Part shown: piece after piece, positions 24,710 to 37,723 of the stretch
Numbering within the stretch: position 1 is the stretch's first letter
How the letters are laid out: each line of letters begins with the position of its first letter
Assembly (NCBI RefSeq): GCF_964213995.1
Contig: NC_135822.1
Location: 52,948,001-53,012,000, forward strand
Direction: 5' to 3'
Source of the DNA: Mustelus asterias
Lineage: Eukaryota
Length of the DNA stretch: 64,000 nt
Notes under the pieces: generated by a model
Database searches by the model: none
The model's input: the letters and a program-made list of their open reading frames with translations, nothing else
Told to the model about the DNA's origin: nothing
Translations under genes and position numbers: made by a program

Positions 24710-25339
24710 GAACATTGAATACAGGAGTTGGAATGTCATGTTGAAGTTGTACAAGACATTGGTAAGGCCACACTTGGAATACTGTGTGCAATTCTGTTCA
24801 CCCTATTATAGAAAGGATATTATTAAACTAGACAGTGTGCAGAAAATATTTACTCGGATGCTAGCGGGACTTGATGGATTGAATTGTAAGGAGAGGCTAG
24901 ATGGACTGTGTCTTTTTCCTCTGGAGCGTAGGAGGCTGAGGGGTGATCTTATAGAGGTCTATCGAATAATGAGGGGCACAGATCAGCTAGATCGTCAATA
25001 TCTTTTCCCAAAGGTCGGGGAGTCGAAAACCAGAGGGCATAGGTTTCAGCTGAAAGGGGAGAGATACAAAAGTGTCCAGAGGGGCAATTTTCTCACACAG
25101 AGGATGGTGAGTGTCTGTAACAAGCAGCCAGAGGTAGTAGTAGAGGCTGGTACAATTTTGTCTTTTAAAAAGCATTTAGATAGCTACATAGGTACGATGG
25201 GTATAGAGGGATATGGGCCAAATAGGGGCAAGTGGGATTCGCTTTGGGGATTTACAAAAAAAGGGGCGGCATGGACAAGTTGGTCCGAAAGGCCTGTTTC
25301 CATGCTGTAAACCTCTATGACTCTGTGACTCTATCAGCT

Positions 25340-28300
25340 TCTTGAAATCATTTAATGATTAAAACTCCACTGAGCTATGGGGAGCGAGTTCCACAAGTTC
25401 ACCACCCTCTGAGAAAATAGCTCATCCTGTTCTCAGTTTTAAATCTACCTCTTCTGCGCTCATACCAGCGATCTCCTGTTCTTCATTGTCCCACAAGGGG
25501 AATCATTACCGTTTAATTCATCAATCCCTTTTAGTATTTTGTATAGCTCGATCGGCTCCCCTTTCATCCCTCTAAACTCCAGCGAGTATAAAGATCAACT
25601 GTTTAATCTTTCCTTATATGTCAACCCCTTCATTCCCAGAATAAAGCGTGTGAATCTATCTAGCTCTGCCTTAAAAAATCAAATCAAAATCTCTGCTTCC
25701 TCTGCCTTTTGAGGAAGCGAGTTCCAGAGACTCACCACCTGCTGAGAGAATATAATTCTCTTCATCCCTGCCTTCAATGCGCTTAGTTTTAAACAATGAC
25801 ACCCAGTTCTAGATTCGCTCACAAGAGGAAACATCCACTCCGCATTCACCCTGTCCATTCTGTCCCCACCCCCAACCCTCTGGATCCTAAAGTTTTCAAT
25901 CGAGTTGTCTCTTATTTTTCTAACCTCCAGCAGATACAAGACTAACCTGTCCAACATTCTCTCGAAAGACAACACACCCATCCTGGTATTAGTTTGGTTA
26001 ACTTTCTCTGAACCTCTTCCAACATATTTACATATTTCCTTGAATAAGTACCTCAGATGTGATCTCACCAATGTCGTGCAAGTTCCAGCATAACCTGACT
26101 GTTTTTGTAAGCATTTTCCTCACAATAAATGACAACATTCCATTTCCTTTCCTAACTACTTTCTGTATCTGTACACCAGCCGTTTGTGATTCATGCACGA
26201 GGACGCCCAGATCCCTCTGCACCTCAGAGCTCTACAGTTGCGCCCCATTCTGGTAATTATCTTGATCTTTCTCTTGTACTCTGAATAGTTTAGGGAGAAA
26301 CTTTCCTCAGTGATTGGAAAAAATAGGTGGTGATAGGTGGATCTCGGGGTGCTTATTCATAGAACCCTGAAGGTGGCAAGGTACGTGAATAGGAGAGTTA
26401 CGAAGACATATGGGACCCTTGCATTTATGACTCCTGGTATAGAGTATAAGGACAATGAGGTAATGTTGGAGTTGTACAGAATGTTGGTTAGACCACAGCT
26501 GGAGTACTATTGGCAGTTCTGGTCAACTCTATGTGGGAAGGATGGGATAGCACTAAAAAGGAGTACAGAGGAGATTCACCGTTGTATTGCCTGGGATGGA
26601 GCGTTTGTATAAAAGCAGAGACTGGGTAGGCTTGGATTGTTTTCTCGAGAGCAGAAAAGGCTGAGGAGGATGGGGGGACATGATTGTGGTTTATAGGATT
26701 ATGGAGAGTATGAAGAGGGCGCATAGGAACCAGCTGTCCCCGTTGGTTGAAGGGTTCAAGCACGAAGGGGCAAAGATTTTGCGCAAGGGGCAAGAGATTC
26801 AGAGGAAATTTGAGAAGACAAATACACTCAGAGGTTGGTGGGAAACTGGACTGCACTTCCTGGGAAGGCAGTGAAGACTGTAAACTTTACAACTTTTCAA
26901 AAATATTTGGATGAGTACGTGAAACATCGTAATTTTCAAGGATGAGGAACAAGTGCAGGAAAAAGGGAATAGCACGACTTCACTCGCAATTATTGTTGGT
27001 GCAGACTCAATGCAGCCTTTTCTGTGCTGTACGACCCTATGACTCTGTGACTTCCTGTCGGAACTTGGAAGGAAATATGCATTCACTCCCAATGGTGCGG
27101 TGCAGGGATCAGTGTTTAGGTCTCAGCTATCCAGAATCTACATCAATTATGTGCATGTAGGGATCAAATATAATATTTCCAAAATATCCGAATAATAGAA
27201 AGCTAGATGGAAATCTGCGTTGTGAGGAGGATACAAATATGTTTGAAGGGGATATAGAGAGGCTGATGGAGTGGCCAAAAGTTTGCCAGGTGGACGACAA
27301 TGTGGAAAAATGTGGGGTTATCTAGTTTTCTGGAAAAAACGGAAATTGAGAGAACTCCCAAGATATTTTGATGTCCCTGCTCATGATTCACTGAAAGCCA
27401 TGATACAAACACGTAAAGGTTTACATTACATTTGTTACCTTGATGATTTGAGTTTCGGAGCAAAGGTGTCTTACTGCAATTACATACAGCCTTGGTGAGA
27501 CCACATCTGGAGTACTGTGTACGGTTTTGGTCTCCTGACTGAAGGAAAGATGTACTTGGCATGTAAAGAAAGTTCACTAAATCATTTCCAGGGACAGATG
27601 GGTTGGCCTATGTGGAAACAAAATGTTTATCCTCAGGCCTTCAGAAGAATGATAGTTGATCTCAATCATACATACACTACTTTTACAGGCCATTTGCAAG
27701 AAGGATGTTTCCCCCAAGCTGTAGGGTCTGAAACCTGGGACACAGTCAGAGAATAAGGGGCAGTTATTTCGGCTGGGATAAGAAGTATTTGATTTCCATT
27801 AGAATGTTGGTGAATCTTTGGAATGCTCTGCCCAGAAAGCTGTGAGGAACAGTCATTCAGTTAGTGCAAGATTGAGCTCGATATATTTCTAAGTATTAAA
27901 GTCATCAAGGAATGCAGGGATAATGTTGGAAATGGTGTTGAAGTCGAAGGTCAGCCATGATCACATTGAATGATGGAGCAGAGATAAAGGACTGAATGGC
28001 TGATTCCTGCTCATATTTCTTAACGTTCTTATTGCAACAGGACTGGAATGTAGGAGTTGGGAAATTTTGCTGCAGTTTTACACACCCTTCGTTAGACCAC
28101 ATCGAGAGCAATGTGTAGAGTGTAGTGCTCTTTACATAAGAAAGGATAGAATTGCATTAGAACTAGTTCAGAGAAACTTCAGTCGACCGATTCCTATGGT
28201 GGAGAAGTTTATTTTACAATGGTAATTTGAGCAGTCTGGAGCTTTATCCGTTAAAGTTCAGAAGATTGAAAGGTGATCGCATTCAGACAAATAAGCTCCT

Positions 28301-28640
28301 GCAGAGGTGAGACAGGGTGGTTGCTGAGAGGGTGTATCTCCTCGTAAGAGAGACTAGAACTAGGGGACCAATTTTTTAAAAAAGTTCTGCCTCTTAACAC
28401 TGAGATGAGGAGAAATTTATTCTTAAATTTCGCTAGTCAGTGCAATTCTCTTCCCTGGAACTTAGTGCGAGCAAAGTCATTGAATATATTGATAGATTTT
28501 GGATTGAGAAGAGAATTATGGGCTACAGGAAGTGACAGAAAGTCGACTTGGGACCACAATTAGATCAGCCATAATGTTACCAAATGATGGAGCTGGCCCG
28601 AGGGACTGAATGACCTACTGCTGCTCCAAGTTATTTTGTT
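25340..28640. mobile_element. Patchwork of old CR1 3' fragments in both orientations
   Basis: ORFs 25679..26071(-), 26028..26222(-), 26337..26612(+) and others with RPHLEY / QRDLGV motifs. Confidence 0.75.
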
Positions 28641-29821
28641 CTTATTCCAACAAGTCCTTCAGTCTGTTCTCTGTGACCAGTGCTGGATACATAACCTCTA
28701 TGTGTTGTACTCACCAGACGTTCTGTTTTTCGCATTCATTAGGCCACTCACTCTCTCAACTCCACAACCCATGTCACCAGCAGTGATTACCCGCTCTGCC
28801 CCCAGGCCTGCCTGATCCACCACTTCATCTGCCATTGAAGTAAGGATGGCAAGATCTAGACGTCTCCACTCGTGTTCACTCATTCCCTGATATTGTTTGA
28901 TCGCTTTCTGAACACAAATTACAATTGTTACTCACCCATCAAACACATGCACCAGTAATAACAATAGCTCAAATTCTCATTTTTATTAATTACGAATTAT
29001 TGTGCTCAGCAAGTTGTTCATTTTTATATCTCAGTTTAGTTTTTAATTGAAATTCATGCTGTGAAAAGCCATCATTCTGAAATTTACTCATTGGTTCCTT
29101 CAGTGAGGAAAGTATTGAAATGTCCCCCCGTTCCCTCCATGTGGAAAACGTGGTCAAACCAGCTCCAGCCAAAGCTTGTGCCAGTCTCAACGGACATGTC
29201 TCTGACAGTCAATGTTGCTGTCTTTCCATTGCCAGTGTCTGGATGGAGATGTTGTTTCCACAACTTCACTCTCATGCTTATTAACATATCAGACTGTGCT
29301 GCACTCACCGTGTCAGAACACATCAGGACATTGATCCGTTTCCCACACGACAACCACATGTCTCACAACTGCTCACCTCCCAGTAATCTCCATGCAGACT
29401 GGTTTGAATCGATGGGATAATCTTTCCCTCCGATCCTAAGGGAACAGGACCACCCTCCGAGCCCGAGCAGCTGGGAGGGGCCCCTCCGGGGGCGGGGGCG
29501 GGGGAGGAGCCCTTGCTCAGCTTTCTGTTATTTCACCCCGTCATTCAGTTAGCAAAGCTCCCGCAGAACAGCTGTATTTGAAAGTCCTGCTGGCTGCCTT
29601 TGAATATGGTGCCAGCATTGCCTGAACCGGTACTGCCCCCTGCACAGGCTGCCTGAGTGGACACCTCCCCCCTGCCTGTCAGCCGTTAATTGTCCGCCTC
29701 TGAAAATATCACCTTCATAACTCTGCCTATCCTGCCCACACGGACACACCACCCATTTCCAGTCCCCATGTTGGCAGTTCTGAGCTTCTGGTAAAATCAC
29801 AACCTTTATCTGCAACCTCAC

Positions 29822-32333
29822 CAACCCATATATCAGGAGATACTGGATAGGTGCAGGAAAAATAGGGTTGTTGTAGTGGGAGACTTCAATTTCCCTGGTA
29901 TAGACTGGAAATCGCTGAGAGCTGGGACTCTGAATGGGGAGGAATTTGTAAAATGCGTACAAGAGGGTTCTTTGGAACAATATGTAGATAGCCCGACTAG
30001 AGAGGGGGCTATACTGGACCTAGTATTGAGGAATGAGCCCGGTCAGGTCTTCAAAGTTTCGGTTGGGGAACATGTGGCAAATAGTGACCACAAATCTGTT
30101 AGCTTTAGGATAGTGATGGAAAAGGATGAGTGGTGTCCCAAGGGTAAGGTGTTGGATTGGGGGAAGGCTAACGTCAGTGGGATGAGGCAGAAATTGGCAG
30201 CTCTTGATTGGGAGAGGCTGTTTGAGGGTAAATCCACATCTGGCATGTGGGAGTCTTTTAAGGAACCGTTGTTAGGGCTACAGGACAGGCATGTGCCTGT
30301 AAAAAAGAAGGATAGGAAGGGTAGGATTCTAAAACCGTGGATAACCAGGGAAATTGAGGGACTAGTCAAAAAGAAAAGAAAGGCGTATGTTAGGTCCAGG
30401 CAGCTAAAAACGGAGGGAGCTCTGGAGGAGTACAAAGAAAGTAGGAAAGAACTCAACCGGGGACTTAGAAGGGCAGAAAGGGGTCACGAAATGTTCTTGG
30501 CAGACAGGATTAAGGAGAATCCCAAGGCATTTTATTCATATTTTAGGAACAAAAGGGTTGTCAGGGAAAAAAATCGGACCTCTCAGGGACAAAAATGGGG
30601 AATTATGCTTGGAGCCCAAAGAGGTAGGGGAGATCCTAAATGAATACTTTGCGTCGGTATTCACAAAGGAGAGGGATGTGTTGGCTGGGAGTGTCTCGGA
30701 GGGGAGTCTTGAACCGTTGGAGAAAATCTCCATTACAAGGGAGGAAGTGTTAGGTTTGTTAGAGAATATAAAGACTGACAAATCCCCAGGGCCTGATGGA
30801 ATCTGTCCAAGGCTGCTCAGGGAGACGAGAGATGAAATTGCTGGGCCTCTGACGCAAATCTTTGTCTCGTCACTGGACGCAGGTGAGGTCCCAGAGGATT
30901 GGAGGATAGCTAATGTGGTCCCGTTATTTAAGAAGGGGAGGAAGGATAACCCGTATATTTATAGGCCGGTGAGCTTGACGTCCATGGTGGGGAAGTTGTT
31001 GGAGAAGATTCTTAGAGATAGGATGTATGCGCATTTAGAAAGGAATAAACTCATTAACGATAGTCAGCATGGTGTTGTGAGAGGGAGGTCATGCCTCACT
31101 AACCTGGTGGAGTTTTATGAAGAAGTGACCAGCATGGTTGACGAGGGAAGAGCCGTGGATGTCGTCTATGTGGACTTTAGTAAAGCGTTTGACAAAGTCC
31201 CTCATGGTAGGCTGGTGAAAAAGGTTGGATCTCATGGGATAAAGGGGGAGGTGGCTAGATGGGTGGAGAACTGGCTTGGCCATAGAAGACAGAGGGTGGT
31301 AGTGGAAGGGTCTTTTTCCGGCTGGAGGCCTGTGACTAGTGGTGTTCCGCAGGGCTCTGTATTGGGACCTCTGCTGTTTGTGATTTATATAAACGATCTG
31401 AAAGAAGGTGTAACTGGGCTGATCAGTAAGTTAGCGGACCACACAAAATTGGCAGGACTTGCAGATAGTGAGGAGCATTGTCAGAAGCTACAGAAGGATA
31501 TAGATAGGCTGGAAATTTGGGCAAAGAAATGGCAGATGGAGTTCAATCCTGATCAATGCGAAGTGATGCATTGTGGTAGAAATAATGTAGGGAGGAGCTA
31601 TACGATAAATGGCAGAACCATAAAGGGTGTAGATACGCAGAGGGACCTGGGTGTGCAAGTCCACAGATCCTTGAAGATGACGTCACAGGTGGAGAACGTA
31701 GTGAATAAGGCATATGGCATGCTTGCCTTTATAGGACGGGGCATAGGGTATAAAAGTTGGGGTCTGATGTTGAGGTTGTATAGAACGTTGGTTCGGCCGC
31801 ATTTGGAATACTGCGCCTAGTTCTGATCGCCACACTACCGGAAGGACGTGGAGGCTTTAGAGAGAGTGCAGAGGAGGTTTACCAGGATGTTGCCTGGTCT
31901 GGAAGGGCTTAGTTATGAGGAGAGATTGGGTAAACTGGGGTTGTTCTCCCTGGAAAGACGGAGGATGAGGGGAGACTTAATAGAGGTGTATAAAATTACG
32001 AAAGGCAGAGATAGGGTGAACGTGGGAAGCTTTTCCCCAGGTCGGTGGTGACGTTCACGAGGGGTCATAGGTTCAAGGTGAAGGGGGGGAAGTTTAACAC
32101 AGATATCAGAAGGACATACTTTACACAGAGGGTGGTGGGGGCCTGGAATGCGCTGCCAGGCAAGGTGGTGGAGGCGGACACACTGGGAACGTTTAAGACT
32201 TATCTAGACAGCCATATGAACGGAATGGCAATGGAGGGATGCAAAAGAATGGTCCAGTTTGGACCAGGGAGCGACATGGGCTTGGAGGGCCGAAGGGCCT
32301 GTTCCTGTGCTGTATTGTTCTTTGTTCTTTGTT
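29822..32333 (+). mobile_element. 5'-truncated, relatively young CR1 LINE ORF2 with 3' tail
   Basis: ORFs 29876..30643 (GDFNFP..ILDLVL..SDH), 30558..31820 (RT), 31848..32362; tail gttctttgttctttgttc. Confidence 0.95.
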
Positions 32334-32770
32334 CACCACAAACTGCATTCCCAAACCACTGATCATCCCATGTCCCTCCCGAGCCATCCCAAGTAAGGAC
32401 ATGATGATCCTGTGATTTTTGTCCTGTCCCATCATCACTTTTTCATTGAATCACTTCTGTAATTCCAGTTTGTCCTTTCTTTGTTTCTTCCCCAGCCACC
32501 CACCGCTGTCACTTCACACCTGTCAATTCACTGCCATTTCCCAGTTCCAACGAAAGCTCAAACTGTAATCCTGTTTATTTCTCGACAAATATTTCCCTAA
32601 CCTGCTGTGCAATTCCAGTATATTCTATTTATATTTCATTTTCATTCTATATAAATGAAAGTTATGTTTTTGGAATGTCTCACACTGTACATTATTATTG
32701 TTATTAACATTATTACTTAAAACAATGGGGATTTACCCTGAATCTTGTTCCTTTCCTCTCTGATCCGCAG

Positions 32771-32938
32771 TCTGGATAATAACGCTCCCACAGATTCTTG
32801 TGTTGAGGATCTCGCCTCCGCTCTCAGTACAAAGCAATCACTGAGGATTCTGAACCTGGAATCAAGCTCCTTCACAGACCAATCTGTCGCTGCTCTCTGC
32901 CGCCTCACACAGACCTGCAGGAGTCTGGAGTGGATCTG
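32771..32938 (+). CDS. Orphan 168-nt leucine-rich-repeat exon, NLRP/ribonuclease-inhibitor type
   Basis: tttcctctctgatccgcag acceptor, gtgagt donor, phase 2/2; LDNNAPTDSCVEDLASALSTKQSLRILNLESSSFTDQSVAALCRLTQTCRSLEWI = two RI-type LRRs. Confidence 0.85.
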
Positions 32939-33109
32939 GTGAGTGTTTTTGTTAATTTTAATGTAATAATTAAAATATAAATGAGATATTAAGACATAAA
33001 TTGGCCTGCATCTTCAAAGCAGTGACAAATGACAGGCAGATTGCCACTGCGTGTGCAGGTTCTCCCAACCTGAAACTGCTACATATCTCGCCTGGGATCT
33101 TCAGCACAA

Positions 33110-33600
33110 GGACTCCGGAGGGCTCCATTGGAACAGAGTAGATTCGTGGAAAAGAGGCCACAAGTCCTACGTACACCACAGTGACCCTGGGGAGCTCCAT
33201 CAGAGCAGAATCGGGGAAGAGCGAGCACACACCCTATTTACAGCGCAGTCACCCTGGGGAGATCCATCGGTGCAGAGAAGAGTTGGGGAAGAAAGAGCAC
33301 ATACCTTATTTACAGCACAGAGACCCCAGGGAGCTCTATCCGAGCAGAGTCAGGGAAGAGAGAGCAAACACATTATTTACAGTGCAGTTACCCCGGGGAG
33401 CTCCATCAGACTAGAGTCTGGAAAGAGCGAGCACACACCCTATTTACAGCACAGTGACCCCGAGGAGCTCCATCACAGCAGAGTAGAGTCAGGGAAGAGA
33501 GAGTACACACCCTATTTACAACACAGTAACCATGGCGAGCTCCATCAGAGCAGAGTAGAGTCGGGGAAGACAGAGCACACACCCTATTTACGGCACGGGC
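33110..33600 (+). repeat. 67/72-bp tandem repeat, about 7 units
   Basis: Unit starts at 33177, 33244, 33316, 33383, 33450, 33522, 33594 (cacagtgacc..ggagctccatcag..gggaagagcgagcacacaccctatttacag). Confidence 0.85.
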
Positions 33601-34297
33601 AGCTAGTTGCTAAAGTTAATCAATGTTCATTGATGGTTGAGGGCACGGGTTGGCTGATGGGTTGGGTGAGGAATGTAAATGGCTGAGTGGTTATTTGGTG
33701 GATCAGGAGATGGCCGAAAAGGTAGTTGCAAAAGCTTGGGTGGGTTAATTGGGTGACCATGAGGGCAGTGGCGGGGTATTTGGTGGTCAGGAGACTATTC
33801 AGGTTCACTCGGGTGTTGGTTGAGCAGGGGGTGGGGCCGGTTGATGTGATGGGATGGGTATAGCCTGATAAGGAGGATGGTTGGGCCAATGGGTGAGAGG
33901 ATTATAGTGTCATATTAGGCATCCAGAGATTAGGTCAGCAATGTAGTGAGGTGAAGTTGGAGTCATGTCAGGAGCATCTGGTTGGACAGATTTGCTCATA
34001 GAGGTAGTTGCAGGCCATCAGGAGAGAGCAGATTTGAGGTCATTGGTTGGGCAGTTGAAGTGGATTGCGGGGGGGGGGGGGGGCGGAAATGCAAGCCGGG
34101 TGGTGGGATGTAGTGTGGTGGTGAGTAGGGCTGGTTGGTGACTGGGGTTATGGAGTTATCCAAGTTTTACTCGGATGAACATTTCCTGGGTAGCTATCCA
34201 GTTGAGTCATACAGATCTATCCCTGGGCCAGAATTTTAATTTGCTCATGTGGGCAGGTGTCCAACCTGGAAGTGCCTGCAATTGTGTGAAAAGGAGG

Positions 34298-35727
34298 AAA
34301 GCAAATGTTGTCTCCTTGTTCAAGAAGGGGAGTAGAGACAACGCTGGTAACTATAGACCAGTGATCCTTACTTCTGTTGTGGGCAAAGGTTTGGAAAGGA
34401 TTAAAGAGATAGGATTTATAATCATCTCGAAAGGAATAATTTGATTAGGGATAGTCAACACGGTTTTGTGAAGGGTAGGTCGTACCTCGCAAACGTTATT
34501 GAGTTCTTTCAGAAGGTGACCAAAGAGGTGGATAAGGGTAAAGCAGTTGATGTGGTGTACATGGATTTCAGTAAAGTGTTTGATAAGGTTCCCCACGGTA
34601 CGTTATTGCAGAAAATATGGACGCATGGGATTGAGAGTGGTTTAGCGGTTTGGATCAGAAATTGGCTAGCTGTAAGAAGACAGAGGGTGGTGGTTGATGG
34701 GAAATGTTCATCCAGGAGTTCAGTTCCTAGTGGTGTACCGCAAGAATCTGTTTTGGGGCCACTGCAGTTTGTCATTTTTATAAATGACCTGGATGAGGGC
34801 GCAGAAGGATGGGTTGGTAAATTTGTGGACGACACTAAAGTCGGTGGAGTTGTGGACAGTGCGGAAGGATGTTGCAGGTTACAGAGGGAGATAGATAAGT
34901 TGCAGAGCTGGGTTGAGAGGTGGCAAATGGAGTTTAATGCGGAAAAGTGTGAGGTGATTCACTTTGGAAGGAGTAACAGGAATACAGTGTACTGGGTTAA
35001 TGGTAAGATACTTGGTAGTGTGGATGAGCAGAGCGATCTGGGTGTCCATGTGCGCATGTCCCTGAAACTTGGCACCCAGGTTGATAGGATTATTAAGAAG
35101 GCGTACGGTGTGTTAGCCTTTATTGGTAGAGGGATTGAGTTTCAGAGCCATGAGGTCATGTTGCAACTGTACAAAATTCTGGTGTGGCCGCACTTGGACT
35201 ATTGCGTACAGTTTTGGTCGCCCATGATAGGAAGGACGTCGAAGCATTGGAAAGGGTGCAGAGGAGATTTACCAGGATGTTGCCTGGTATGTTGGGAAGG
35301 TCTTATGAGGAAAGGCTGAGGGACTTGAGGCTGTTTTCGTTGGAGAGAAGAAGGTTAAGAGTTGACTTAATAGAGGCATACAAGATGATCAGAGGATTAG
35401 ATAGGGTGGACAGTGAGAACCTTTTTTCTTCGGATGCTGATGGATAGCACGAGGGGACATAGCTTTAAATTGAGGGGTGATAAATATCGGACAGATGTCA
35501 GAGGTAGGTTCTTTACTCAGAGAGTGGAAAGGCGTGGAATGCCCTGCCTGCAACAGTCGTGGACTCGTCAACATTAAGGGCATTTAAATGGTCATTGGAT
35601 AAACATATGGATGATATTGGAATAGTGTAGGTTAGATGGGGTTTAGATTGGTTTCACTGGTTGGCGCAACATCGAGGGCCGAAGGACCTATACTGCGCTG
35701 TAATGTTCTATGTTCCATGTTCTATGT
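34298..35727 (+). mobile_element. 5'-truncated CR1 LINE (RT + tail)
   Basis: ORF 34441..35319 (QHGFVKGRS..YMDFSKVFDKVPH..FINDL..DDTK); (gttctat) tail. Confidence 0.93.
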
Positions 35728-37369
35728 AGTTGTGGGGTGTGGATCCCACCATCATCACACTCTGGTTTCAGTCATTGAGCAAGAGTCAGATTTGCACCCG
35801 CCAACAATCCAGATGGCAATTTAACCCATGAAGGGGCAAATTGAATGCAATTTGACGTGGCCCGCCTGCTTTTACAGTCAGCGATCAGGCGATTGGCATC
35901 CTCTATATTTTGGCTTCAACTTTGATCCAGGGCGGTATGAAGTGTCCGAGCTGAAATGAAATTTGAAAGACCTGCCTGGGTACTGAGGCTTGTGTTTGAA
36001 TGTACTCCTTCGACACACACTACATAGTGCATGGCTACGAATGTGTCACAGTCCTGTAGCTCCCTGAGACAGCGGTGCTGCCCCTAAATTATGCTAAATG
36101 ATCAATACTATTTTCCTCAAACACGTGTTGTACAAGCTCGCCTCATTCTCACCACGGTTCTGAGTAACTGAATGGGTTTATTACCGACTACCTTATAGTC
36201 ATAGTCCCAGATTTGGTCCCTCCTATCCATTCAGCCGCACACCCCCCCCCCCCCCCCGCCCCCCCCACTTCCCCTCGTCCCTCTCCCCCACAACCCTACC
36301 CCCGCTGTCCTTTGACCGTAGCGTCCATTTAATGTCCAATGTTCCCCATTTCAAATATGGATTCCATTCCTTTTCGGAAGTTACAATTCGATCTGCTGCT
36401 GGCATCCTATCAGGCAGTATGTTCCGAGTCCCAAGAACTTGCTGTATCCCACTACTTTTTCTACCAGCTATGGTTCACCACCCTATTACAGTGGAAATAT
36501 TATCTCATTGTTAACCTTATCAAAAACCATTATCATTGCGAGCACCTCTATTACATCTTTGCTTGTCATTCTGTGCTCTGCCAAATATATGACGTTGCTG
36601 AATTGAGGATTGGGATGGAGTGTGAGTTACGCAGGCAATGGAGGTAATCTTGTTCATCGCAACCGGATGCTTCGTATTTAGCGAGCTATAGAAGAGAGCA
36701 GCCTCTGAAAGTGGTCCTCAGCTCAGTAGTATACACAGTCAAACAGTATCGAATGAAGTTAACGTGTTCTGTAAAGTTCATTACCTAATATTAATGGTGT
36801 CAATAATTTCATTTAAGCCGAAGTAATAAACCTTTGGAGAGGCCTTCGTCGAGTTGTGCATTATAATGTCGCCCCACTAGTCGGAATTTTGTCTCGAAAT
36901 CAGGAGATGCAAGGATCGACTCTTTCTCCTGAGATTTGAGTTCATAATCTACGTGATACTCCCGAGGTTAGCGAGTAGAAGTTCGGCATTTTCAGAGGTG
37001 CGGATCCAATACGACGAGCACCCTGTCTCGCTGCATGTAAGTGACTCAAGAGCAAAGTTGGTACAGTAGGGGAGTTCTCAGCAGTATACTGAGCCAACAT
37101 ATATCCTCGGATAAGCGCCAAAAAAGTCCAACTGCACAGCTGGGACATTCATTTCAGTTAATGGGAGTTTCCTATGTATCAATTGGTCGCCGCGTTAGCC
37201 CATCAAACCAATGACTAGACCTTATCGTATTATTCCTTGATGCAAAGAAGATTTGCAACTTTCTGAGGTCGGGAGTGACGCTTTATGAATGGATGATGTT
37301 GTTTTCCCTATTTATCGTCTCATCGATTAGTGACCAAAACGAGAATCAAACGGATGTTTTACCTGGCAG

Positions 37370-37648
37370 GAATATTCGCATCTTACGGGGATTAGTCGCC
37401 TTCCATGCTATCGATTGCAGCAGGGAAGTCTGCACGCTGAAGAACGCTGGTTATCGGCATATGTTCTGGTACAGACAACGACCAAATCGGGAATTAAACG
37501 CTCTTTTCTATCAGGCTGGAGCAAGGGCTGTCAACAATCATACCTCTGAGTCGTTTGGGGCTCTCAGAACCAGCAGCACCCTGTTCAGTATCGAAGTGAG
37601 AGATGGCGTAGCCTCTCACATTGCTATCGATTTCAGCCCTTATACTAT
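37370..37648 (+). pseudogene. TCR V pseudogene 1 (beta-type likely)
   Basis: ttttacctggcag acceptor; GIFASYGD*SPSMLSIAAGKSA, frameshift, CTLKNAGYRHMFWYRQRPNRELNALFYQ..FSIEV..HIAIDFSPYT (YxC decayed to DFS); followed by a 23-RSS. Confidence 0.85.
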
Positions 37649-37687
37649 CACAGCGCTTGAGAAGGTTGATCCACAGCAACGAAAGCC
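37649..37687 (+). promoter_or_regulatory. 23-bp-spacer recombination signal sequence
   Basis: CACAGCG + 23 nt + ACGAAAGCC (1 and 2 mismatches to consensus). Confidence 0.85.
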
Positions 37688-37709
37688 TGCACCCAGGATT
37701 CATTTTCCA

Positions 37710-37723
37710 CCGCCAAGTGGCAG
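37710..37723 (+). promoter_or_regulatory. CTCF-like motif just downstream of the RSS
   Basis: CCGCCAAGTGGCAG resembles the CTCF core CCASYAGRKGGCRS. Confidence 0.45.

Larger units (their letters stand above)
20118..25333 (+). mobile_element. Near full-length degenerate CR1 LINE (ORF1 esterase-like, ORF2 endonuclease + RT), interrupted by a Penelope element
   Basis: ORF1 AVVIGASLARG..VVVHIGTNDIG (SGNH-like); ORF2 YFNARGL, ITETWL, LDLLLGN, NYRPVSLTSVVGKLLE, YMDFSNAFD, KFADDTK; (ctctatga) tail. Confidence 0.93.

Noticed and set aside
28744-29283. Two exon-like segments (S/T/P-rich; EESIEMSP..NGHV)
   Set aside because: The first has stops in all three frames and the second has no recognisable homology
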